DNA of 64,000 nucleotides from contig CAIPWR010000126.1 in NCBI GenBank assembly GCA_903868795.1, positions 5,172 to 69,171 of the forward strand, read 5' to 3'. Under the pieces are notes generated by a model that was not told where the DNA came from, did not search any database, and was given only the letters and a program-made list of their open reading frames with translations. The translations under genes were made by a program, and so were the position numbers. The stretch comes from an uncultured Spartobacteria bacterium. GTDB lineage: Bacteria > Verrucomicrobiota > Verrucomicrobiia > Chthoniobacterales > UBA6821. Below, piece by piece: positions 37,251 through 45,484 of the stretch; the stretch's first letter is position 1, and every line of letters starts with the position of its first letter.

Positions 37251-39182
37251 ATGACTGCTCGATGGCATTTCAATAAGCACAGACCTTGTGATCGGATGAG
37301 GGATCCGGAAAACGAAGCGTTTTTTACGGCCGAAGGTTTGGAAAACCTGAGCGAGGCATTGGTGAGAGAGGGAATTCAAAATTCTCTGGATGCCTCGGAT
37401 TCAAACAGCGGAACAAGGAACGTTCATGTCAAAATCAGATATGTCAGCCATGGCCTACCCGGGGTCTCAAATTATTTGAAGGAGGCGTTCCTACCGGTGT
37501 TGGACAATTTTTCTAAAGGTTTAGGTGTCGACAAAAGCGTTATTGAAAAAAACCTGAGTGAAACAGGTGTGTCTTTAGTTTTTGAGGACTTTGGTACCAA
37601 GGGCCTCACTGGTGATGTGCGTGAGGTTCGGATAGAACCATCGCTCCAAAATGCCTTCTTCAGTTTCTTCCGAGCGGAGGGAAGATCAGGCAAAGATGGA
37701 GACCGTATCGGGCGATGGGGTATTGGAAAACAGGTCTTTCCCACCAGCAGCCAACTCCATGCAATCCTTGGGGTTACTGTCAGGAGAGAAAGTCCCGAAA
37801 AAGTTCTAATGGGGAGCGCCGTGGTTCGGAGCCATTGCGTCGATGACCAAGATTATCAGCCAGATGCGTGGTTCGGTATCAGGGGTGATGAGCAGTCTGC
37901 AGTCATGCCTTTAGAACATACCGATGGCGTTGAAACTTTCTGTGGCATCTTTGGTTTGGAGAGGGGCTCGCGCGCAGGGCTTTCTGTTTTGATACCCGCC
38001 GTTGATCCTAGAATTGAGGTCAAAGATCTTATCAACGGTGTTCTCAAGAGCTTTTTTTGGACCGTTCTCAAAGGTGAACTATCTGTGTCGATTGTCGGAC
38101 CAGATGGAGAGATCAAGGAAATCAATAATTCCACAATTTCCGATCATCTCCTGAGTCTTGAGCCGAAAGATGCAGGTATCATTAATTGTGCAGTTTGGGC
38201 GGCAAACATGGAGGCAGAGAAGATGGTTATACTTGAAGGTAGTGAAGCCAGGATCCCGAAATGGCCGGAATCCAGAGACAAACTTCTGACAGAGGGAAAA
38301 ATCGAGGAGATCCGATCTTCGCTAGAGAGTTTGGGCAGGGTTGGAGTACGTGTGCCGGTTCTTGTTAGGGTGAAAGGCAGTGAAGAAGAAACTAAAGCGC
38401 ACTTTGACGTTTTTTTGGAAAGGACCAAGGAACCGGAATCCAGAACAGTTTTTCTAAGAGACGGGATAGTCATCACAGATGTCAGGTCTCCCAGCATCGC
38501 CGGGAGTAGGAGCCTAGTTGTTGCAAGCCACGAAAAAATCGCGCGCCTCCTAGGCGACTCAGAAGGTGTAAACCATACTCAATGGCAAAAAGACTCCCCA
38601 AAGTTTCACAACAAATACGTCTACGGACCCGACACCATAACATTTGTCCAGAGAAGTGCTTATGAAATCTCGAGAAGCGTTCAAGGGGCTGATTCAAGCG
38701 GGGACCCCACATTGCTAAGGGATTATTTCTCGATACCAGAAGAATCCGGAGAAAAAGAAAGAGGGAAGAAAGAAAGGCCTGGAATTAAGCCTGCTCTACC
38801 GATTCCACCCCCACCTCCACCGCGGAAATCTTGGTACACAGTCCAGCAAGATGCCCGAGGAGGCGGATTTGTTATTGGTGCTGGAGACGAGGATTCCACA
38901 AAAATAACTTTCCCTTTTTCTCTGCGTATAAAACTCGGTTACGCCGTCCGAAGCGGAAATCCGATCAAAAAATGGAGTCCTGCCGACTTTGAAGTGAACA
39001 AAGATCCAATATGCTCAAATCCTGATAACAAAGGTATTGAGATAGAGGCCGTTGACGGGAACGAGCTTACAATAAAGATACTTTCACACGATTTTACATT
39101 TGGTCTTCAAGGTTTTGATAAACACCGGGATCTTGAGGTCAGGGTCAATAAGCTGACTGATAACAATGAAGAGGACGTTTAA
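37251..39182 (+). CDS. divergent GHKL (Bergerat-fold, MORC/HATPase_c_3-like) ATPase with large uncharacterised C-terminal region; cassette ORF1
   Basis: Track ORF 37227..39182 (TTG start); ATG at 37251 preferred. In 651-aa numbering: N-box EALVREGIQNSLDA (E48, N52, D55), G1-like VFEDFGTKGLTG (D121, G123, G126), G2-like GRWGIGKQVF (162-171). Poly-Pro linker PIPPPPPP (525-532) and a final domain of about 117 aa. Confidence 0.6.
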   Translation: MTARWHFNKHRPCDRMRDPENEAFFTAEGLENLSEALVREGIQNSLDASDSNSGTRNVHVKIRYVSHGLPGVSNYLKEAFLPVLDNFSKGLGVDKSVIEKNLSETGVSLVFEDFGTKGLTGDVREVRIEPSLQNAFFSFFRAEGRSGKDGDRIGRWGIGKQVFPTSSQLHAILGVTVRRESPEKVLMGSAVVRSHCVDDQDYQPDAWFGIRGDEQSAVMPLEHTDGVETFCGIFGLERGSRAGLSVLIPAVDPRIEVKDLINGVLKSFFWTVLKGELSVSIVGPDGEIKEINNSTISDHLLSLEPKDAGIINCAVWAANMEAEKMVILEGSEARIPKWPESRDKLLTEGKIEEIRSSLESLGRVGVRVPVLVRVKGSEEETKAHFDVFLERTKEPESRTVFLRDGIVITDVRSPSIAGSRSLVVASHEKIARLLGDSEGVNHTQWQKDSPKFHNKYVYGPDTITFVQRSAYEISRSVQGADSSGDPTLLRDYFSIPEESGEKERGKKERPGIKPALPIPPPPPPRKSWYTVQQDARGGGFVIGAGDEDSTKITFPFSLRIKLGYAVRSGNPIKKWSPADFEVNKDPICSNPDNKGIEIEAVDGNELTIKILSHDFTFGLQGFDKHRDLEVRVNKLTDNNEEDV

Positions 39183-39912
39183 TTTTACAGGGCGTAAGAA
39201 TATCAACAGGGAAGATGTCGCTGTGACACTTGTTCGTACCCCAACAGCACTGTCATTCAACGCCAATCCCAATTTGGAGGGCTATAGTTTTCCTGGGGAT
39301 GCGGATATATGGATTGAAATATACCGCGGAAACCTCATTAAACAATGCTATTGGGGAAAGGTTTCGCAGCCTGAAGCTCCGCTAGATCGCGATCTCAGCG
39401 TATTTGAAGTCCCCGACGGAATTCAATTCAGGTTGCGCGTCGTGAGTCTTGCTGATGGCAATCTGCTAAAGATGCTTGGCGAGGCCGATCACGTTACGTC
39501 AAAGGATACAGAGGATAATCCAGACAATAGAAAGCCATTGATCACACCGGTTCCAGATGATCTGGGGCAACAGCTTTGGAAGATCGATTTCATCGCAGAT
39601 CCGCCGGTTCTTCTGATTAACAACCAAGCCAAAGATGGCTGGAAGGACATAGCCCGATCCAGTGTGTTTATAGCTTTGGTGTATCCTCAAGTCATGAGAA
39701 GCATGTTGTCCAAAATCCTGATTGAGGATGAATGGGACGAAGATGGAGCAGATTGGCAGGATAATTGGATGCACTTTGCCAAGCGAAACTACACCGCCAA
39801 AGTTTTACCCGCAGTCTCCGATCATGAAGGAAGAGAGCGATGGATCGAGGATGCAGTGGATGCATTTGCATCCATAAAGAATCTCAAAGACCTATGGGAC
39901 GCGAACAGCTAG
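39166..39912 (+). CDS. hypothetical protein, cassette ORF2 (no recognisable domain)
   Basis: 248-aa ORF whose ATG lies 17 nt inside ORF1 (translational coupling). Acidic, Trp-rich C-terminal half EDEWDEDGADWQDNWMHF. Lower-GC codon usage, like its neighbours. Confidence 0.6.
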   Translation: MKRTFNFTGRKNINREDVAVTLVRTPTALSFNANPNLEGYSFPGDADIWIEIYRGNLIKQCYWGKVSQPEAPLDRDLSVFEVPDGIQFRLRVVSLADGNLLKMLGEADHVTSKDTEDNPDNRKPLITPVPDDLGQQLWKIDFIADPPVLLINNQAKDGWKDIARSSVFIALVYPQVMRSMLSKILIEDEWDEDGADWQDNWMHFAKRNYTAKVLPAVSDHEGRERWIEDAVDAFASIKNLKDLWDANS

Positions 39913-39918
39913 ACTAAC

Positions 39919-40641
39919 ATGAATATTCGCCGTTTTAACGATAAAGGATTGGCAGCATTCAGGAATTACTTGGATGAGGTGAAATCTGATCCGACCTTGT
40001 CTGTACCAACCAATCTTCTAGAAGACGACGAATGCACTGAAATTATTTCCTCCAAGGTGGAATTATCGGCTCGTTTACTGCCCACAAGAATGGAGGCAGG
40101 TACTTTTCTATTAGAGATTGTAGAAAAAATTGGGCTTACTACTCCCGAAAAAGATGTGGGTTTTTGGTCGTGGATGGCGCTGGTCTTTTTTGAATCTCTT
40201 TGCCCTGTGGATCGGGCTGGAAAACGTAAAATGGGTGATAAGTCCAGATGTATACTTGAGCTTCGTCACGATCGCTTCTACAGGCATCTACTTTTGGGCC
40301 CATTCCTGATTGTTCGGGCGCATAAAGATAATCCTGATCGGGCGGTTGTCCTTTTGAGTAATCCGCCAAGTACACCCGGAGATATTTCCGAGCAGTTTTC
40401 TTCAAGATTGGAGCAGATAACCAACAAGGGCCTCGTTGAGCTTCTTTCAAGACTCTACTTTGATCCGATACACAAAACGATTAGACGAGGCGCTGCTGGA
40501 AAAGGAGGGGGTTCCGTGAGACGATTATCTATGCTAATCAATCAACTAGATCTCACCTACTACCTCTATGGCATGACAGGCGAGGCCTTGGCTCAGCTTT
40601 TGCCCAAAGAATTCGACAAGTTTCGGAAAGCTGCAGACTAA
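39919..40641 (+). CDS. hypothetical protein, cassette ORF3 (no recognisable domain)
   Basis: 240-aa ORF starting 6 nt after ORF2 and ending 6 nt before the methyltransferase. No motif I can place. Confidence 0.6.
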   Translation: MNIRRFNDKGLAAFRNYLDEVKSDPTLSVPTNLLEDDECTEIISSKVELSARLLPTRMEAGTFLLEIVEKIGLTTPEKDVGFWSWMALVFFESLCPVDRAGKRKMGDKSRCILELRHDRFYRHLLLGPFLIVRAHKDNPDRAVVLLSNPPSTPGDISEQFSSRLEQITNKGLVELLSRLYFDPIHKTIRRGAAGKGGGSVRRLSMLINQLDLTYYLYGMTGEALAQLLPKEFDKFRKAAD

Positions 40642-40647
40642 ACAAAG

Positions 40648-42132
40648 GTGAGTTTCCTTGTAATTGATCTGTTCGCTGGGCCTGGAGGGCTTGGGGAAGG
40701 TTTTGATTCCCTTTCGGATGAGAAGGGTAATGCCGCATTCAAAATAGCCCTTTCCATTGAATGTGATGATTTTGCCCACCGAACCCTTGAGCTAAGAAGT
40801 TTCTACAGACAATTCCACAAGAAGGATGTTCCAGGGGACTACTACCGTTACCTGAGAGGTGAGATTTCACGGGAAATACTTTTTTTGAAAAATCCTCGCG
40901 AGGCAGATCAAGCTATGGCTATAGCTGCAAAGATTCGCCTAGGGGTCGCGGAAGCACATGAGGTTCACAAAAGAATAAGCAGCGCTCTAGCTGCACGTGG
41001 AAAAAACCCTTGGGTACTTATAGGAGGGCCTCCATGCCAGGCTTATTCACTTGTGGGAAGATCGCGAAGAAGAGGCGAATGCCGAGCAAAGTTCGAAAGC
41101 GATGAAAAGCATCTCCTCTATAAGCAATATTTACAAATCATCCATGATCATCGTCCGGCAGTCTTTGTGATGGAGAATGTGAAAGGGATCCTTTCGGCCA
41201 AATTGGGAGGAGACAGGATTTTTTCTCGTATCTGTAACGATCTTGCTGCAGAGGGATATGATCTTTATGGCTTAAATGGAAAAGAACCCAGATCCACAGA
41301 GCTATTTGGAAACGGAGGCTGGGATCCTTCTATGTTTGTAGTTCGATCAGAGGATTATGGTATTCCTCAAGCAAGACACAGAGTTTTCATCGTAGGGCTC
41401 AGCCGTGAATACTTTCCCGGGAAAGTTTCACCATCCGCTGTTCAACTTTTGGCTTCCGGAAGACAAGTGACCGTTGAGGAAACAATCCGAGATATGCCGG
41501 AAATATGGAGCGGTCTCTCATCCGATCGAGGGGATACAGTAGGCTGGTTAAAGGCGCGTGATCGGGGCCTTAAAAAGGCCGGATATTCGAGGGTGGCATC
41601 CACAATGATGCCTGAGGCGGGCCACGGAGGACGGTTTATTGCGGGTAAGACGCCTGTATCCTTCAAACGCGAATGGTTTAATGATGCACGTATAAAAGGG
41701 GTTATTCAGCACGAGTCACGCACGCATATGGACGGCGATGTTTCGCGTTATGCGTTTGCTGCTGCTGTTGCACCCCAGTATGGATGCAGCCCCTCGATCC
41801 ATGATTTCCCAAAAGCCCTGCTCCCCGCTCATAAAAATGTTCATTCTGACGAAGGTGAAACCATCCCATTTGCTGATCGCTTCAGGGTTCAAATGTTCGG
41901 GGGCCCTTCCACAACGATCACGAGCCACATCTCCAAAGACGGGCACTACTACATTCATCCTGATCCGGAACAGGCTAGGAGCCTTACCGTTAGAGAGGCT
42001 GCACGATTGCAGACGTTTCCAGACAATTACTTTTTTGAGGGTCCAAGGACTCAGCAATACCACCAAGTAGGTAATGCTGTGCCGCCTTTGTTGGCGCATC
42101 AGATAGCAGCCATCGTTCATCGGTTGCTCTAG
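40648..42132 (+). CDS. dcm: DNA (cytosine-5)-methyltransferase
   Basis: 494 aa, GTG start. Motif I DLFAGPGGLGEGF, motif IV GGPPCQAYS (Cys130), motif VI FVMENVKG, motif VIII IPQARHRVFIVG, motif IX TVREAARLQTFPD, motif X QVGNAVPPLLA. Confidence 0.92.
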   Translation: MSFLVIDLFAGPGGLGEGFDSLSDEKGNAAFKIALSIECDDFAHRTLELRSFYRQFHKKDVPGDYYRYLRGEISREILFLKNPREADQAMAIAAKIRLGVAEAHEVHKRISSALAARGKNPWVLIGGPPCQAYSLVGRSRRRGECRAKFESDEKHLLYKQYLQIIHDHRPAVFVMENVKGILSAKLGGDRIFSRICNDLAAEGYDLYGLNGKEPRSTELFGNGGWDPSMFVVRSEDYGIPQARHRVFIVGLSREYFPGKVSPSAVQLLASGRQVTVEETIRDMPEIWSGLSSDRGDTVGWLKARDRGLKKAGYSRVASTMMPEAGHGGRFIAGKTPVSFKREWFNDARIKGVIQHESRTHMDGDVSRYAFAAAVAPQYGCSPSIHDFPKALLPAHKNVHSDEGETIPFADRFRVQMFGGPSTTITSHISKDGHYYIHPDPEQARSLTVREAARLQTFPDNYFFEGPRTQQYHQVGNAVPPLLAHQIAAIVHRLL

Positions 42133-42282
42133 CTGTAATGACTGACTCCGTTACCAACGAGTAGCGTTTCAGTAAAAGGCTCAGCAAGTTTGGATGCAGG
42201 GCAAGGCGCGTGAGAGCGGGCGTAGTAGTCCTACGCCAACCGAGCGGCAACACAGCCCTGCGCCAAAATCGCTAGCCGCTAG

Positions 42283-45273
42283 CTACGCAGTCCGCCCACA
42301 GCAGGACTTGTACTTCTTGCCGCTACCACACGGACAGGGATCATTCCGTCCCACTGTCTTCGGAGCCCTCTGCGCCGCAGGCTTCTGCTGCATCGCCTGT
42401 TCAAACGCGGTCTGTGGTGCGGTCTGCGTGTTATCGGCTTCTCCCTCATTAGCCCCGATGTGTCCCTCGGAGCCGAGCAGATCCTTCTGCATGAGGTGAC
42501 GCGGGAGGGAGGCGAGCAACTGCTCAAACGCCTGGAGGTTGGTCGTGGAGCGGAAGAGGTTGTTCAGGACCTCGTTCTTGATGCTCTCCATCAGCTCCAC
42601 AAACATGGCGTAGGCCTCGGTCTTGTACTCGGTGAGCGGATCCTTCTGACCGTAGGCACGGAGGTAGACGGCCTCGCGGAGTCCATCCATGGCGTAGAGG
42701 TGCTCCTGCCAGAGGCGGTCGACGGCGTTCAGGATGACATACTTCTCGAGTCCGGAGCGGGCGGCCTCGTCCTCGATCGCAGCCTTGCGGTCGTAGGCCT
42801 CGACGAGCGTCTTGGCCAGCCACTCGCCGTTCTCTTCGATCTCGCGAGTCTCGAAAGCACACTTCTCCTTGGTGAGTCCTACGGGGAAGGTGGAGTTCAC
42901 CCACTGGAGGAGTCCGGCGACATCAGGCTCGGAATCACTGCTTTCGGTCGTGAGGAAGGCAGCGACTTTCTTCGGCACGACTTCATTGATGACCTCATGA
43001 ATGAGGGTGCGAGGATTCTCGGAATCCATGACCTCGTTGCGGTAGCCGTAGATGACTTCGCGCTGTTGGTTCATCACGTCGTCGAACTCGAGGGTCCGAC
43101 GGCGCATGAGGTAGTTCCGCTGCTCGACACGCTTCTGGGCGGTCTCGACGCTCTTGTTGAGCCAGGGATGCTCGAGCTCCTCGCCCTCCTGCATGCCGAA
43201 GGTCTCCATGATCTTGGTCATGCGGTCGGCTGCGCCGAAGTTCCTCATGAGGTCGTCCTCGAAGCTGATGTAGAAGCGGGAACGGCCCGGATCTCCCTGA
43301 CGCGCGCAGCGTCCGCGCAACTGGCGGTCGATGCGGCGCGACTCATGCCGCTCGGTGCCCAGGACGAAAAGTCCGCCCAACTCGGCGACGCCTTCACCGA
43401 GCTTAATGTCAGTTCCGCGGCCGGCCATGTTCGTCGAGATGGTGACGGCTCCACGCATACCGGCGCGCGAGATGATCTCGGCCTCCTGCATGTGGAACTT
43501 GGCGTTCAGCACGGTGTGGGGAATATGTTCGCGCTTGAGCATGCGGCTCAGGACTTCGGAAGCCTCGACGCTGGCGGTACCTACAAGGATCGGCTGGCCA
43601 CGGCCGTGGGAGGCCTTGATCTCCTCGATGGCGGCGGCCATCTTCTCGCGGCGCGTCTTGTAGATGCGGTCGTTCTCGTCGAGACGGGCGACGGGGCGGT
43701 TCGTCGGGATGACGGTGACATCGAGTCCGTAGATGTCGTGAAATTCATTCGCCTCGGTCTCGGCCGTGCCGGTCATGCCTCCGAGCTTCTCGTAGAGACG
43801 GAAGTAGTTCTGGATGGTGATCGTCGCCATCGTCTGGGTCTCGCGGTCGATCTGGACCCCTTCCTTGGCCTCGACGGCCTGGTGGAGCCCATCGCTCCAG
43901 CGGCGACCCGCCATCTTGCGGCCGGTGAAGGTATCGACAATGACGACCTTGTTCTCCTCGACGACATATTCGACATCCTTCTCGTAGAGGCAGTAGGCCT
44001 TCAGCAACTGGGCAATGTTATGCATCCGCTCGGCGGAGTGGTCGCAGTGCTGCTGTGCGGCGGCTTTCTTGGCGGCCTTCTCGGAATCGGAGAGCGCGGT
44101 GTCGGTCTCGATGTCCGCGAACTCCGTGAGGAGATCGGGGAGGACGAAGGCGTTCGGGTCATCGGGGTTCAGGAAACTCCGGCCCATCTCGGTGAGGTCG
44201 GCCTCCTGCTGCTTCTCTTCGATGGTGAAGTAGAGTTCTTCCTTCAACGCCACGAGCGCGTCCTTGGAGGTATCCTGGTAGAACGAGAGCTCGGCCTTGT
44301 CGGTGAGGCGGCGCAGCTCGGGATCCTCCATGGCGCGGAGGAAGCCCTTGTTGCGGGGCTGGCCGAGCTTCACCTTGAAGAGGGCCATGCCGGCGGCTTC
44401 TTTTTCGCCCTTCGCGAAGAGTTCCTTGGCGTCGGCGACGAGTTTGTTGACGTGGGCTGTCTGCTTGCGGACAAGCTGTTCGACCAACGGCTTGAAGCGG
44501 TCGTACTGGTGCGTCGAAACGGTGGCCGGCCCACTGATGATGAGCGGGGTGCGGGCCTCGTCGATCAGGATGGAGTCGACCTCATCGACGATGGCGTAGT
44601 AATGCCCGCGCTGGACCTGCTGCTCGCGGCTGGTCGCCATGCCGTTATCTCGGAGGTAATCGAAGCCGAACTCGCTGTTCGTTCCGTAGGCGATGTCGCA
44701 CTCGTACTGGGCACGGCGCTCCTCTGGGGACTGGTCGTGCTGGATGATGCCGGTGGTAAGTCCCAGGAAAGCGTAGAGTTGACCCATGCACTCGGCGTCG
44801 CGGCGGGCGAGGTAGTCGTTCACTGTCACGACATGGACGCCGAGCCCGGTGAGGGCATTGAGATAAACGGGGAGGGTCGCCACGAGGGTCTTTCCCTCGC
44901 CGGTGGCCATCTCGGAGATGCGTCCCTTGTGGAGCACCATGCCGCCGACCAGCTGGACGTCGAAGTGAACCATGTTCCAGGTGTACTCGTAGTCGCAGAC
45001 CATGAACTGCATCCCGACCATGCGGCGGGCGGCGTTCTTCACGACTGCGAAAGCCTCGGGGAGGATCTCGTTCAGGCGCTTCTGCAGAAGGGCGGGATCC
45101 TGAATCTGGGAAAGCTCGGCCTTCCAGGCAGCGGTCTTCTCACGGAGTGCCTCGTCGGGGAGCGACTGGAGTGACTGCTCGATCTCGTTGATCTTGGCAA
45201 CAAGCGGGAGCATCCGGCGCACTTCGCGCTGGTTTTTCGATCCGACGATTTTCTTTAAGATCCAGTTAAACAT
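42283..45273 (-). CDS. secA: preprotein translocase ATPase SecA
   Basis: 996 aa. MATGEGKTLVATLP Walker A, DEVDSILIDEARTPLIISG, C-terminal Zn motif CPCGSGKKYKSCCG. Confidence 0.95.
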   Translation of the reverse strand: MFNWILKKIVGSKNQREVRRMLPLVAKINEIEQSLQSLPDEALREKTAAWKAELSQIQDPALLQKRLNEILPEAFAVVKNAARRMVGMQFMVCDYEYTWNMVHFDVQLVGGMVLHKGRISEMATGEGKTLVATLPVYLNALTGLGVHVVTVNDYLARRDAECMGQLYAFLGLTTGIIQHDQSPEERRAQYECDIAYGTNSEFGFDYLRDNGMATSREQQVQRGHYYAIVDEVDSILIDEARTPLIISGPATVSTHQYDRFKPLVEQLVRKQTAHVNKLVADAKELFAKGEKEAAGMALFKVKLGQPRNKGFLRAMEDPELRRLTDKAELSFYQDTSKDALVALKEELYFTIEEKQQEADLTEMGRSFLNPDDPNAFVLPDLLTEFADIETDTALSDSEKAAKKAAAQQHCDHSAERMHNIAQLLKAYCLYEKDVEYVVEENKVVIVDTFTGRKMAGRRWSDGLHQAVEAKEGVQIDRETQTMATITIQNYFRLYEKLGGMTGTAETEANEFHDIYGLDVTVIPTNRPVARLDENDRIYKTRREKMAAAIEEIKASHGRGQPILVGTASVEASEVLSRMLKREHIPHTVLNAKFHMQEAEIISRAGMRGAVTISTNMAGRGTDIKLGEGVAELGGLFVLGTERHESRRIDRQLRGRCARQGDPGRSRFYISFEDDLMRNFGAADRMTKIMETFGMQEGEELEHPWLNKSVETAQKRVEQRNYLMRRRTLEFDDVMNQQREVIYGYRNEVMDSENPRTLIHEVINEVVPKKVAAFLTTESSDSEPDVAGLLQWVNSTFPVGLTKEKCAFETREIEENGEWLAKTLVEAYDRKAAIEDEAARSGLEKYVILNAVDRLWQEHLYAMDGLREAVYLRAYGQKDPLTEYKTEAYAMFVELMESIKNEVLNNLFRSTTNLQAFEQLLASLPRHLMQKDLLGSEGHIGANEGEADNTQTAPQTAFEQAMQQKPAAQRAPKTVGRNDPCPCGSGKKYKSCCGRTA

Positions 45274-45343
45274 GAAATTGGGCCCTTTTGGGGAATGGTC
45301 ACTAAACCTTAAGTGAGCTGTTGGGGCAACGCCGAACAGATAA

Positions 45344-45484
45344 AATATGGAACTCAGGAACTCAGGAAAACCTGATGAAAATTAGCGGTTTGAAAGAAGC
45401 TGCACTCGCAGACAAGGGTCTGAAATGGTGGGTAATCTAAACGTGTCATGTCCCCTTGAATTCTCAATTCCTGAGTTCCATATT
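45344..45484. repeat. 141-bp intergenic module bounded by the same 17-bp terminal inverted repeat AATATGGAACTCAGGAA (copy 2 of 2)
   Basis: Left AATATGGAACTCAGGAA (45344-45360, followed by a second CTCAGGAA). Right TTCCTGAGTTCCATATT (45468-45484). These are perfect reverse complements. The module abuts the tadA stop codon. Confidence 0.5.

Noticed and set aside
42219-42237. Hairpin GGCGTAG-TAGTC-CTACGCC as the secA or dcm terminator
   Set aside because: There is no U-tract on either strand after the stem. It may be structural but cannot be called an intrinsic terminator.
34947-42282. Integrase, transposase or tRNA att site for the accessory patch
   Set aside because: No ORF in the interval, on either strand, shows tyrosine- or serine-recombinase or DDE motifs, and no tRNA is adjacent. 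Mobility is inferred only from the 147-nt duplication and the GC shift.
42460-45174. 904-aa ORF on the plus strand
   Set aside because: It lies entirely antisense to secA, whose motifs are unambiguous. The product is G/L/V/D/E-rich low complexity, typical of shadow ORFs in GC-rich DNA.
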